64,000 nt of DNA from contig JBBQDL010000006.1 in assembly GCA_038319665.1 (NCBI GenBank), forward strand, positions 2,967 to 66,966. Reading direction: 5' to 3'. Origin of the DNA: Candidatus Limnocylindrales bacterium (GTDB taxonomy: Bacteria; Chloroflexota; Limnocylindria; Limnocylindrales; CSP1-4). Below, piece after piece: positions 1 through 9,081 of the stretch (positions within the stretch are counted from its first letter, which is position 1; each line of letters opens with the position of its first letter). The notes under the pieces are model-generated. The model saw nothing but the letters and a program-made list of their open reading frames with translations. It had not been told where the DNA came from and searched no databases. Both the position numbers and the translations under genes were made by a program.

Positions 1-1442
1 GCGCTCGCCGCGGCAGCGACCGCAACGTTCACGAACCGGGCTCGCTCGCCCGGGCCGTCCCAATGTTCGGCGACCCATTCGATCGACAGGTCACCGGCCC
101 GGAACCCGGCGTGCCGGGCGACGTATCGATGGAACGGCAGGGTCGACTGGAGACCGGCGATCTCGGTCTCGTCCAGGGCCCGCCGCAGCCGATCGATCGC
201 CCCATCCCGATCATCGGCGTGGACCAGGATCTTCGCCATCAGGTTGTCGTAGTCGGGCGGAACGCGGTCGCCCTGGCCGAGTCCGGTGTCCACGCGGACC
301 CCGGGACCCGAGGGCATCACCCAGTGGCGGATCGGGCCGGGGCCCGGCGCGAAGTCGTGGGCCGGGTCCTCTGCTGCCAGCCGGACCTCGATAGCGTGCC
401 CAGCCGGCTCCGCAGCGGCGGCCGCGGCGGCCTCGGCCGCCGCCGAGAGCGGCCGTCCGGCCGCCAGCCAGAACTGCTCCCGGACGATGTCGATGCCGGC
501 GACCAGTTCGGTGACGCCGTGCTCGACCTGGAGCCGGGTGTTGACCTCGAGGAAATAGTACCTGCCGTCAGGCGTCCGGAGGAACTCGGCGGTCGCGGCG
601 TTCCGGAGGCCGGCGGCCGACGCGACCTTGACGGCCAGGCCATGGAGATGGCGCCGCTCGTCGCCGCTGAGCCCGGGCGCCGGCGCCTCCTCGATCAACT
701 TCTGGTGCCGCCGCTGGATCGAGCAGTCGCGTTCCCCGATCGCCACGACCCGCCCGGTCGCGTCGCCGAGGAGCTGCACCTCGATGTGGCGGGCCGGATG
801 GATCTCGCGCTCCAGATAGACCGACCCGTCACCGAACGCTGCCGCCGCTTCCGCCGACCCGGCTTCCAGCGCCGCCGGCAACGCGTCCGCGGTCGAGACT
901 CGCCGCATCCCGCGGCCACCGCCGCCGGCCGCCGCCTTGACCAGCAGCGGAAAGCCGATCCGCTCCGCGTCGGCGATGATCCCTGCGACCGCATCTGGAC
1001 GGCCCACATCGACCGGGTCGACCGATCCGGGCACGCCCTCGACGCCGACCGACCGCGCCAGGCGGCGCGCATTCACCTTGTCGCCGAGGCCGTCGATGAC
1101 CCCCGACGGCGGCCCGACGAAGACGATCCCGGCGTCCTCAAGCGCCCGGGCGAAGGCCGCTCGCTCGGACAGGAAGCCATACCCCGGATGGACCGCGTCG
1201 GACCCCGTCGCTCGCGCCGCCTCGACGATCGCGTCGATCCGCAGGTAGCTCTCGGACGCCGGTGCGGGCCCCAGCCGAACAGCGTCGTCGGCCATCCGGA
1301 CGTGCAGCGCTCCCGCATCGATGTCGCTGTAGACGGCGATTGCTTCCATCCCCAGCTCATGGCAGGCCCGGATGATCCGAACCGCGATCTCGCCTCGGTT
1401 GGCGACAAGGACGCGCTGGAATGGCGACGCTCGCCTCGTCAC
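1..1442 (-). CDS. Biotin carboxylase subunit of acetyl/propionyl-CoA carboxylase (runs off the left edge)
   Basis: Manual minus-strand translation from GTG 1442 gives FQRVLVANRGEIAVRIIRACHELG, then HPGYGFLSE, KAAAGGGGRGMR and FLEVNTRLQVEH. Absent from the ORF track because it is truncated by the window. Confidence 0.93.
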   Translation of the reverse strand, partial: MTRRASPFQRVLVANRGEIAVRIIRACHELGMEAIAVYSDIDAGALHVRMADDAVRLGPAPASESYLRIDAIVEAARATGSDAVHPGYGFLSERAAFARALEDAGIVFVGPPSGVIDGLGDKVNARRLARSVGVEGVPGSVDPVDVGRPDAVAGIIADAERIGFPLLVKAAAGGGGRGMRRVSTADALPAALEAGSAEAAAAFGDGSVYLEREIHPARHIEVQLLGDATGRVVAIGERDCSIQRRHQKLIEEAPAPGLSGDERRHLHGLAVKVASAAGLRNAATAEFLRTPDGRYYFLEVNTRLQVEHGVTELVAGIDIVREQFWLAAGRPLSAAAEAAAAAAAEPAGHAIEVRLAAEDPAHDFAPGPGPIRHWVMPSGPGVRVDTGLGQGDRVPPDYDNLMAKILVHADDRDGAIDRLRRALDETEIAGLQSTLPFHRYVARHAGFRAGDLSIEWVAEHWDGPGERARFVNVAVAAAAS

Positions 1443-1452
1443 CGGGCTGTCA

Positions 1453-1470
1453 CGTCTTTGCGCAAAGACG
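1453..1470. promoter_or_regulatory. Perfect 18-bp palindrome CGTCTTTGCGCAAAGACG, candidate parS-like site 1
   Basis: Perfect inverted repeat in a short intergenic gap; near-identical copies at 3052 and 4568. Confidence 0.6.
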
Positions 1471-1484
1471 GTCCGCCCGCCCTG

Positions 1485-3029
1485 TCAGAGCGGGATGTTG
1501 CCATGCTTCTTTCGCGGGTTGACATCGCGCTTGCTGGCCAGCATCCCGAGGGCGCGGATCAACCGGGGCCGCGTCTCCGATGGTCGGATGACGTCGTCGA
1601 CATAGCCCCGAGCTGCGGCGATGAACGGGTTCGCGAACTCCGCTCGATAGGCGGCGACCAGGCGCGCGCGTTCCGCCGCCGGGTCCGCGGCGGCCGCCAG
1701 AGCCTCCCGATGGATGATGTTGACGGCACCCTCCGCGCCCATCACCGCGATCTCCGCAGTCGGCCAGGCGAAGTTCATGTCGCCGCGAATGTGCTTGCTG
1801 CTCATGACGTCATAGGCGCCGCCATATGCCTTGCGGGTGATGACCGTCAACTTCGGGACGGTGGCCTCGGCGTAGGCATAGAGCAGCTTCGCGCCGTGGC
1901 GGATGATGCCGCCATGTTCCTGGTCGACGCCCGGCAGGAAACCCGGCACATCGACGAACGTCACCAGCGGCACATTGAACGCATCGCACGTCCGGACGAA
2001 TCGAGCCGCCTTGACCGACGCGTCGATGTCGAGCGCGCCGGCGAGGACCTCGGGCTGCTGGGCGACGATCCCGACGCTGCGGCCGGCGAGTCGGGCGAAA
2101 CCGACGATGATGTTCTGCGCCCAGCCGGGTTGGATCTCGAGGAACCCGCCGTCGTCGACGATGCGCCGCAGGACGTCGTGCATGTCGTATGGCATGCGCG
2201 GATCCTCGGGGACGACGTCGTCCAGTGCGGGATCCATCCGGTCGCTCGGGTCAGATGTGTCCATGATGAATGCCGCGGCCAGGTTGTTCTGCGGCAGATG
2301 GCCGAGGAGCGCGCACGCCGCGTCGAGGGCGCTCGCTTCGTCGGGTGCCGCGAGATGTGCGACACCGCTGCGCGTCGTGTGCGTCGTCGCACCGCCGAGG
2401 AACTCGGCATCGACATCCTCGTGCGTTACGGTCTTCACGACGCCGGGACCGGTGACGAACATATAGCTCGTCCCCTCCACCATCACCGTGAAGTCGGTGA
2501 TGGCCGGCGAATAGACGGCGCCGCCGGCACAAGGACCGAGGATGACCGAGATCTGTGGCACGACACCGGATGCCAGGACGTTGCGCAGGAAGATCTCGGC
2601 ATAGCCACCGAGCGAGACAACGCCCTCCTGGATGCGCGCGCCGCCGGAATCATTCAGGCCGATGATCGGCGCTCCGACCTTCATCGCAAGGTCCATGACC
2701 TTGCAGATCTTTTCGGCATATGCCTCGGACAGCGAGCCGCCGAAGACCGTGAAGTCCTGGCTGAAGACGAAGACGGTCCGCCCATCGATCTCGCCATGAC
2801 CGGTCACGACACCATCACCAAGGAACGACTCCGTGGCCGAGGCGTCGCGGTTGGTGACGAACGCGTCGAGTTCGACGAATGTCCGCGGGTCCAACAGCAA
2901 CTCGAGCCGTTCGCGCGCGGTCAACTTCCCGGCCTCGTGCTGTTTGGCGACCCGGACCTCGCCACCGCCTTCTCGTGAGGCGAGGCGCATCCGCTCGAGG
3001 TGCTCGAGTCGCTCCGCGTTCGTCGACAC
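1485..3029 (-). CDS. pccB: Acyl-CoA carboxylase carboxyltransferase (beta) subunit
   Basis: 514 aa with [37 protein letters not shown] and C-terminal KKHGNIPL; GAGGAG RBS upstream. Confidence 0.93.
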   Translation of the reverse strand: MSTNAERLEHLERMRLASREGGGEVRVAKQHEAGKLTARERLELLLDPRTFVELDAFVTNRDASATESFLGDGVVTGHGEIDGRTVFVFSQDFTVFGGSLSEAYAEKICKVMDLAMKVGAPIIGLNDSGGARIQEGVVSLGGYAEIFLRNVLASGVVPQISVILGPCAGGAVYSPAITDFTVMVEGTSYMFVTGPGVVKTVTHEDVDAEFLGGATTHTTRSGVAHLAAPDEASALDAACALLGHLPQNNLAAAFIMDTSDPSDRMDPALDDVVPEDPRMPYDMHDVLRRIVDDGGFLEIQPGWAQNIIVGFARLAGRSVGIVAQQPEVLAGALDIDASVKAARFVRTCDAFNVPLVTFVDVPGFLPGVDQEHGGIIRHGAKLLYAYAEATVPKLTVITRKAYGGAYDVMSSKHIRGDMNFAWPTAEIAVMGAEGAVNIIHREALAAAADPAAERARLVAAYRAEFANPFIAAARGYVDDVIRPSETRPRLIRALGMLASKRDVNPRKKHGNIPL

Positions 3030-3051
3030 GCTGTGGACTCCTCATCCGGCC

Positions 3052-3067
3052 GTCTTTGCGCAGGGAC
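3052..3067. promoter_or_regulatory. GTCTTTGCGCAGGGAC, candidate parS-like site 2
   Basis: 14/16 match to the palindrome core at 1454-1469; lies between pccB and parA. Confidence 0.55.
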
Positions 3068-3111
3068 AGTCCCATCATAGCCACCCGAAGGCGTCCCCTG
3101 ACGACGTGCGG

Positions 3112-3154
3112 ATATCCACAGATTCGGTGAATAACTCACAAAGCGTGTGGATAA
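3112..3154. promoter_or_regulatory. DnaA-box cluster
   Basis: TGTGGATAA 3146-3154 is a perfect reverse TTATCCACA; ATATCCACA 3112-3120 has one mismatch; GGTGAATAA 3126-3134 is reverse TTATTCACC. Confidence 0.75.
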
Positions 3155-3253
3155 CCGGGTCACGGAATCGGGTCTTCGGGCGTACCATGGCGATACACGC
3201 TCCCCTCCCATGACGGCCCCGAACCGTCGTCCAGATTCTGAGGTGATGCCCCG

Positions 3254-4024
3254 GTGACGAATGTGATCGCGATCGCCAACCAGAAAGGGGGCGTCGGCAA
3301 GACGACCACGGCGATCAATCTCGCCGGGGCGCTCGCCGAGGAGGGGTATCGAGTCCTGTGCGTCGACATGGATCCACAGGCGAACCTCACCGCCGGGCTC
3401 GGGATCAATCTCAACACTGTCGAATTGTCGATGGCCGACGTCCTCGCCGACGGACGCTCGACGCTGACCGAAGTGATCCTGCCGACGGAGACCGCGGGGA
3501 TCGACGTCGCACCCGCCCACATCGACCTGGCGTCGACGGAAGGTGAACTGTTCACCGCTCTCGGCCGCGAACAGATCCTGCGCGAAGCGTTCGAAGGGCA
3601 GATCGATACCTACGACTACGTCCTGATCGATTGCCCGCCGAACCTCGGACTGCTGACGGTGAATGGACTCGTCGCGTCGAGCGGCGTGATCATCCCGGTG
3701 CAGACGCAGTACTACGCGATGAAGGGCCTCAACAATCTGGTCAAGGTCATCAACGCGATCCGACTCAAGCTGAATCGCGACCTCAAGATCCTCGGTCTGC
3801 TTCCGACGTTCTTCGATGGCCGGACCAACCTCGCCCGCGACATGCTCGATGAGCTACGCGTCGTCGGCGACCACCACGTCTTCGCGAGCATCGTGCGAAC
3901 GACTGTGAAGCTTGGCGAGGCACCCCTCGTCGGGCGACCCATCACGACCTACGCCGGCGCCAGCGACGCCGCGCGGACCTATCGCGCACTCGCCCGGGAG
4001 GTGATCGACCTTGGCCCGAACTGA
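3254..4024 (+). CDS. parA: ParA/Soj partition ATPase
   Basis: Deviant Walker [29 protein letters not shown]. Confidence 0.95.
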   Translation: MTNVIAIANQKGGVGKTTTAINLAGALAEEGYRVLCVDMDPQANLTAGLGINLNTVELSMADVLADGRSTLTEVILPTETAGIDVAPAHIDLASTEGELFTALGREQILREAFEGQIDTYDYVLIDCPPNLGLLTVNGLVASSGVIIPVQTQYYAMKGLNNLVKVINAIRLKLNRDLKILGLLPTFFDGRTNLARDMLDELRVVGDHHVFASIVRTTVKLGEAPLVGRPITTYAGASDAARTYRALAREVIDLGPN

Positions 4025-5036
4025 CTTCCGCGCCCAGGCCGCGCGGCGGCTCTCCGAGGACACGGAGCTCTCCCCCGCCATCGTCAGCCTGCTCACGCCC
4101 GACAGCCCGACCCGCTCGATCGGGGTCCGGATCGTCCAGGTCGATCACATCGAGCCGAACCCCGAGCAGCCGCGCATGGTCTTCGAACAATCCGCGCTCG
4201 ACGAGCTCGCGGCCTCGATCCGCGAACATGGTGTCCTCCAGCCGATCCTCGTCCGCCCGCTCGGGCCGAACACCTATCAGATCGTCGCAGGTGAACGCCG
4301 CTGGCGGGCATCGCGCCAAGCGGGTCTTGCCACGATCCCGGCGCTGATCGAGGACATCGACGACGACACGGCGCTCGAGATCGCGATCATCGAGAACCTC
4401 CAGCGGGAGGACCTCACACCACTCGACGAAGCGGCGATGTACGACCGGATGGTCCACGAACACGGCTATAGCATCCGCAAGCTGGCCGACAAGCTGGGCA
4501 AGGACAAGGGCTACCTCGAGAACCGGCTGCGGCTGGCGGACGCCCCGCCGGAGATCCGCGAGCTCGTGTCTTTGCGCAAGGACAGCCTGTCGCACGCCTA
4601 CGAACTGATGAAGGTCGAGGATCCCAAGAAGCGGCGCCGTCTCGCGCAACAGGTCGCCCGGGGCGAGCTGACCCTCATCAAGTTGCGGGACAAGATCGAG
4701 GGCCGGCGGTCCCGACCCGAGCCCGTCGCCGGCGAGGCGGCCGAAACCGGCCCTGCGACTGTCGCTCCCGCGGCTCCGGACGACGAGGCCGATCGCGACA
4801 ACCTGTGGGCTTCCGGAGATGCCCCGCCGCGGGACATCTCGGACGACTCGCTCGTCAACGCGAAACAGAGCCTTGTCGACGCCGTCGACGAACTGGTCGG
4901 GGTGCTGGGCAGCGCGCAGGTCCGCGAGTCGATCGGCGCGACCGACCGGGCGAACCTGGCCAAGTACCTGACGATCGCGAAGCTCCGTCTCGAGAACGCG
5001 ATCGCCCTGGTACGGAGCGACGACGCCGGCTACTAG
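4011..5036 (+). CDS. parB: ParB/Spo0J family CTPase DNA-binding protein with divergent HTH and C-terminus
   Basis: [32 protein letters not shown] motifs; overlaps parA end. Confidence 0.93.
   Translation: MARTDFRAQAARRLSEDTELSPAIVSLLTPDSPTRSIGVRIVQVDHIEPNPEQPRMVFEQSALDELAASIREHGVLQPILVRPLGPNTYQIVAGERRWRASRQAGLATIPALIEDIDDDTALEIAIIENLQREDLTPLDEAAMYDRMVHEHGYSIRKLADKLGKDKGYLENRLRLADAPPEIRELVSLRKDSLSHAYELMKVEDPKKRRRLAQQVARGELTLIKLRDKIEGRRSRPEPVAGEAAETGPATVAPAAPDDEADRDNLWASGDAPPRDISDDSLVNAKQSLVDAVDELVGVLGSAQVRESIGATDRANLAKYLTIAKLRLENAIALVRSDDAGY
4568..4583. promoter_or_regulatory. GTCTTTGCGCAAGGAC, candidate parS-like site 3 inside parB
   Basis: 15/16 match to the palindrome core; codons there (TCT/TTG in reading the site) are AT-rich relative to the rest of the gene. 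Confidence 0.55.
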
Positions 5037-5041
5037 CCGAC

Positions 5042-5878
5042 TTAAGACCCCGGCCGGACGCCGGCGAGCCAGGCCGCGGCCAGCAGACCGACCCCGATCG
5101 CCTCGAGTTCCCACGCCCGCTCGCGCCGGGATGCGTCGCCGCGGCGCCCGACGAGGACCCCCAGCCCGATGACGACGCCGGCCCCGACCAGGGCGAGCCA
5201 CGCGCCCGCGCTCGACCCGCCGCCAAGCGTCACCGCTGCCGCCACGATGACGGCGGACAGAAGCGCGGCGTTGACCGCCCAAGCCCGACCGCGGCCCAAA
5301 CGGAGCGCCACCGAATCGACCCCGACCGACGCGTCGCGCTCGATGTCGGCCCGCGCGTTCGCGACCGCGAGCCCAGCCCCGGCCACGAACGCGGTTGGCA
5401 GGACGATGGCGAACGAGTCCGGCACGCCACCTGTCGCCCCGAGCCAGGCGAAGAGCGGGAGGAGCGGGATCCCCACCGCGAACGGCACCCACGACCAGGC
5501 CGTCCCCTTGAACCCGAGATCGTAAGCGTAGCCGATCGCCAGGACGACGCCCGACAGCGCGACGGCACCCGGCCCGACCGGGATGGCCAGGGCGAGGCCG
5601 ACAAAGGCGCCGCTCACGACGACGGCTCGGGCGGCGGCCGGCGACACGAGTCCGGCGGGGATCGGCTTGGGTGGGATCCGGCCGACATCGCGCGGCGCGT
5701 CGACCACATCGTTGAGTGCCCCGATCGATACCTGCAGTGCCGTCATCGCCAGCCCGAGCCGCATGGCAGCGTCACCCTCCCCGCCCGCCAGCAGCGCGAC
5801 AGCAACCACGACCAGCCCGTCGAGGAGGCAGGGGAACGGATGGGCCAGCCGAACGAGGCCGGCGAGTCGCTCAGACGT
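5042..5878 (-). CDS. UbiA family prenyltransferase (start uncertain)
   Basis: NDVVDAPRD..PPKPIPAG and NARADIERD Asp-rich motifs, multiple TM segments. Reading frame continues upstream of GTG 5809 through LVRLAHPFP to ACG 5878. Confidence 0.82.
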   Translation of the reverse strand, partial: TSERLAGLVRLAHPFPCLLDGLVVVAVALLAGGEGDAAMRLGLAMTALQVSIGALNDVVDAPRDVGRIPPKPIPAGLVSPAAARAVVVSGAFVGLALAIPVGPGAVALSGVVLAIGYAYDLGFKGTAWSWVPFAVGIPLLPLFAWLGATGGVPDSFAIVLPTAFVAGAGLAVANARADIERDASVGVDSVALRLGRGRAWAVNAALLSAVIVAAAVTLGGGSSAGAWLALVGAGVVIGLGVLVGRRGDASRRERAWELEAIGVGLLAAAWLAGVRPGS

Positions 5879-6236
5879 AGACGAGTTCGTCGAAGTTCTC
5901 GAGGAGGTATTCGATCAGCCGGTCGCGGGCGTCGGGGACCTGCGCGCGGATCCCGGGCACGAGGGCGAAGAGGGTGATGGCCGGGACGATCAGGTGACCC
6001 GCTGCATCCCGCCCGATCGTCGCCGGAGGGCCGCCGCCTGAAGCGAACACGCGTTCGAACCCACGCTCGTCGAGATGGCTCGATCGGAGGAAATCGTCGA
6101 CGACCCGAATCACCCCGCGGCGGAGCGCCACGTCGCGCATCAGCTCGGCCGCCCAGGCATCGATCTGGGCATCGCTCTGGTCGGCGAGGCGAGCGCGATA
6201 TTCCTTGGGGTCGGCCGAGAGACCGGTCGCTGCCAC
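5871..6236 (-). CDS. Hypothetical protein, 121 aa
   Basis: GGAGGA RBS, normal codon bias, tight operon packing. Confidence 0.7.
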   Translation of the reverse strand: MAATGLSADPKEYRARLADQSDAQIDAWAAELMRDVALRRGVIRVVDDFLRSSHLDERGFERVFASGGGPPATIGRDAAGHLIVPAITLFALVPGIRAQVPDARDRLIEYLLENFDELVYV

Positions 6237-6244
6237 GCGTCCTC

Positions 6245-7030
6245 CTACGTCGGTTCGGGCGGGTCGAAGTATGGCAGAGCGGAGGCCTCCGACGCCGCCC
6301 CGGCGGCTTCGCGCGACCCCTCCGGCCAGTCGTTGAAGCGCTCGGTCAGCCAGCGCCCGAACCGGCCGGGTTCGGGGACCTCGGGGCTCCCGGCCACCAT
6401 GCCGCGAAGGGCGGCCGTGAGCGCGGATGTCGCCTGCTCGACCCGTTCGTGAGTCGGGCGGCCCACGATCACGATGGGCTCCCCCACCCTGACCCTGGCT
6501 CGCCCGCCGAATCGGAGCCAGCTCGTGCCCGCGATGGCGATCGGGACCAGCGGGATCCCCGAGCGCAGCGCGAAATAGGCGGCACCCTCACTTAGCGGCA
6601 GGAGCTCCGATTCCCGGACGTGGATCCGACCCTCGCCGGCGATCGCCACGACGGCGCCGGTCGCGATGACGGCACCGACCCGCCGGGTCGCGTCGAGCAG
6701 GTCGTTCTTGGCCGGCTTGTACGGGATCGTCGTCCCGGTCCAGGACATGAGTCGGTTGCGACCGCCGGTCGTCATGTCCTCTTCCTTCGGCCCGAAGAAC
6801 CAGAGCCGGGGACGCATCGGAAGCAGCGCCATGAGCACGAACGGGTCCGCCCAGCTCAGGTGGTTGAAGCAGTAGATGGCAGCGCCTGGCGGGAGACGCT
6901 CCCGGCCATCGAGCCCGACCCGCAGATAGGCCCGCGTCAGCACGGCGGCCAGCAGCCGCGCGACCCAATACCGGATCGTCCGCCGGATCGGGCTGACCGC
7001 CGGCCCCGGGAGCGCGGTGGGGCCGGTCAG
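6245..7030 (-). CDS. Lysophospholipid acyltransferase, PlsC family (start uncertain)
   Basis: NHLSWAD and AGEG motifs, GAAYFALRSGIPLVPIAI. Frame extends from GTG 6943 to a CTG at 7030 overlapping the upstream TGA. Confidence 0.88.
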   Translation of the reverse strand: MTGPTALPGPAVSPIRRTIRYWVARLLAAVLTRAYLRVGLDGRERLPPGAAIYCFNHLSWADPFVLMALLPMRPRLWFFGPKEEDMTTGGRNRLMSWTGTTIPYKPAKNDLLDATRRVGAVIATGAVVAIAGEGRIHVRESELLPLSEGAAYFALRSGIPLVPIAIAGTSWLRFGGRARVRVGEPIVIVGRPTHERVEQATSALTAALRGMVAGSPEVPEPGRFGRWLTERFNDWPEGSREAAGAASEASALPYFDPPEPT

Positions 7031-7551
7031 GCCGAGGATCCCTTCGATGCCCCTGCGCGGGGCGCCTTCGCCGGTCGCCGGGCACCGGTCGCGGAGGCGC
7101 CTGCTCCGGACCGTCTCTTGCTCGCCTGCGCGCGGGGCGGCACGCGGCCGTCGACCGCGGCGAAGAGGACCTGCACGAACGCCGTGATGGCGTCGGCCCT
7201 CGCATCCGCCCCGTTGAGCACCTGGGTCTCGATCTGGAAGGTCACCAGGCGATGGCCGCCCTGGATCTCGACCGCGAGCTCGCCGAGCTGCACGCGGTTC
7301 CAGCGCATCACCTTGCCGCCCGCTCGTGGCCCCTCACCCGGGACCGCGACCCGGACGGCCACCTGCACCAAACCGGCCGGCGTCGGCGCGAACAAGAGGT
7401 ATCGCACCGCGGGGTCGTCGCCCCAGGCGACCCAGCATTCGGGATCCCGCTCGGCGCCGAGCGTGGTCAGCGCCTGCTCGACGATGGCGATGACCCTCGG
7501 CGCCACCGCGTCCTTGACGGGCGCCGTCGCTCGATACTCGCTGAACCGCAT
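7027..7551 (-). CDS. Hypothetical protein, 174 aa
   Basis: GGAGG RBS before ATG, normal codon bias, first gene of the acyltransferase/UbiA operon. Confidence 0.72.
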   Translation of the reverse strand: MRFSEYRATAPVKDAVAPRVIAIVEQALTTLGAERDPECWVAWGDDPAVRYLLFAPTPAGLVQVAVRVAVPGEGPRAGGKVMRWNRVQLGELAVEIQGGHRLVTFQIETQVLNGADARADAITAFVQVLFAAVDGRVPPRAQASKRRSGAGASATGARRPAKAPRAGASKGSSA

Positions 7552-7626
7552 CCCGAGCCTCCGTCCAGACCACCATCCCCCGGCACCGCCCGGTCCGGTC
7601 CTGGACGCGAGGCTAGCACACGCTCA

Positions 7627-7643
7627 TCAGGAACCGATCCTGA
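7627..7643. promoter_or_regulatory. Inverted repeat TCAGGA-N5-TCCTGA, putative regulator site upstream of the pspC-like gene
   Basis: Perfect 6-bp arms in a divergent intergenic region. Confidence 0.45.
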
Positions 7644-7743
7644 CGATCCTTCGTTCGCGCCGGGACCGCCGTCGACTACCGTTGAGGGATACGTCAGACC
7701 GTGGCAGACGCGGGCTCGTTCACCCTGGATCCGGAGGATGGCC

Positions 7744-8082
7744 GTGCATGATCCCCTCTATCGGTCGCGCGACGACCGCATGATCGCTGGGGTCGCGGCG
7801 GGCGTCGCCGAGGCCATCGACGCGGACCCATCCATCATCCGTGCCGGGTCGACGGCCTCGATGGGTGCGACAGTGCCGACGGCGCGACCTCGACGCGACC
7901 CCGTGGATCGCGCCCGCGGCGGGCTCTTCCTCGGGCTCATCCTCATCGTGATCGGGGTGATCTTCCTCATCCGCGAGTTCCTGCCGTTCTTCGACATCGC
8001 CATCTGGTGGCCGATCGCGGCGATCGGGCTCGGCGTGGTCCTGGTCCTCTTCGCACTCACCCCGTCGCGTCGTTCAGGCTGA
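7744..8082 (+). CDS. PspC-domain membrane protein, apparently with an internal deletion
   Basis: LYRSRDDRMIAGVAAGVAEAIDADPSIIR is a PspC N-terminus but the following TM helix is missing; two C-terminal TM segments; GGAGG RBS at 7733. Confidence 0.75.
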   Translation: MHDPLYRSRDDRMIAGVAAGVAEAIDADPSIIRAGSTASMGATVPTARPRRDPVDRARGGLFLGLILIVIGVIFLIREFLPFFDIAIWWPIAAIGLGVVLVLFALTPSRRSG

Positions 8083-8089
8083 CCCGGCC

Positions 8090-8698
8090 ATGGCCGCAAC
8101 GCAGCGGGATGCCGAACCTGGCGGGCACGCCGTCTGGCTGGTCCGGCACGGCGAGACGGAGTGGGCCAAGCTCGGCCGCCACACCGGCCGGACGGACGTG
8201 CCTCTGACCGAGACCGGTCGGGCGCAGGCGATCGCCCTCGGGGGTCGCCTGGCCGGTCACCCGTTCGACGTCGTTCTGACCAGCCCTCTGTCGCGCGCCG
8301 CCGACACGGCGGCGCTGGCCGGATTCGGCGATCGAGCGATCGTCGACCCGGATCTCCGGGAGTGGGACTACGGCGCCTTCGAAGGCAGGCTGACGACGGA
8401 GATCCGGGCCGACTACCCGGGCTGGACCATCTGGCATGGGCCATGGCGGGAGGGCGAGACGATCGACGAGGTGGCGACCCGTGCGGATCGGGTCGTCCAG
8501 CGCGTCCGAGCGGCCGCGGGCGATGCACTGATCGTGGCGCACGGACACCTGCTGCGTGTCCTGGCCGCCCGGTGGCTCGGACTGCCGGCGGCGTCGGGCT
8601 CGATGTTTGCGCTCGGCACGGCGACCATCTCGGTCCTCGGCTGGGAGCGCGAGAACCCCGTCATCGAGACATGGAACGAGGGATCGGGCCCGAGCTGA
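8090..8698 (+). CDS. Histidine phosphatase (phosphoglycerate mutase family)
   Basis: LVRHGETEW, SPLSRA, LREWDYG, VAHGH. Confidence 0.93.
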   Translation: MAATQRDAEPGGHAVWLVRHGETEWAKLGRHTGRTDVPLTETGRAQAIALGGRLAGHPFDVVLTSPLSRAADTAALAGFGDRAIVDPDLREWDYGAFEGRLTTEIRADYPGWTIWHGPWREGETIDEVATRADRVVQRVRAAAGDALIVAHGHLLRVLAARWLGLPAASGSMFALGTATISVLGWERENPVIETWNEGSGPS

Positions 8699-8707
8699 AG
8701 GAAAGGT

Positions 8708-8782
8708 TGGCTCCGGCGGTAGGATTCGAACCTACGACATGGCGGTTAACAGCCGCCCGCTCTACCACTGAGCTACGCCGGA
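8708..8782 (-). tRNA. tRNA-Asn (GTT)
   Basis: TCCGGCGTAGCTCAGTGGTAGAGC-GGCGG-CTGTTAA-CCGCC-ATGTCGTAGGTTCGAATCCTACCGCCGGAGCCA; full cloverleaf with encoded CCA. Confidence 0.97.
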
Positions 8783-8877
8783 TCGAGGACGCAGGGGCCC
8801 GGGCGAGGGCCGGAGCCGCGAGCGTCAAGGACGCCGGGTCGGCGCCGGGCGACAGGATAGCACGAAGCCTTCGGGGC

Positions 8878-9018
8878 TCAGACCGCGCTGGTCGGCCGAT
8901 CGTAGGGCGTCGTCGTCGCGGCGGGATGGCTCCCGAGGCTCCGCAGCTCGAAGCCGGCGATGACCTGGGTCACGCCCAGGATCACGAGCCAGATCCCACC
9001 GACGAACGCCAGCGTCCC
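8878..9018 (-). pseudogene. 3' remnant of a HdeD/DUF308-like membrane protein
   Basis: GTLAFVGGIWLVILGVTQVIAGFELRSL...* directly preceded by an in-frame TGA. Confidence 0.5.
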
Positions 9019-9081
9019 TCACATGCGGCGCTGGACCAGGGCCCGAGGATAGCCGCCCGGGTTGGCCACGCCAGCGTCGAC

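Noticed and set aside
63-2978. 971-aa plus-strand ORF and similar long ORFs (17508-19541, 29102-31039, 39231-41237, 45302-47419, 56520-58340)
   Set aside because: Antisense shadows of well-supported genes; stop codons are scarce at this GC and the products have no motifs.
8708-8782. tRNA-Asn as an island integration site
   Set aside because: No duplicated 3' end, integrase or compositional shift nearby.
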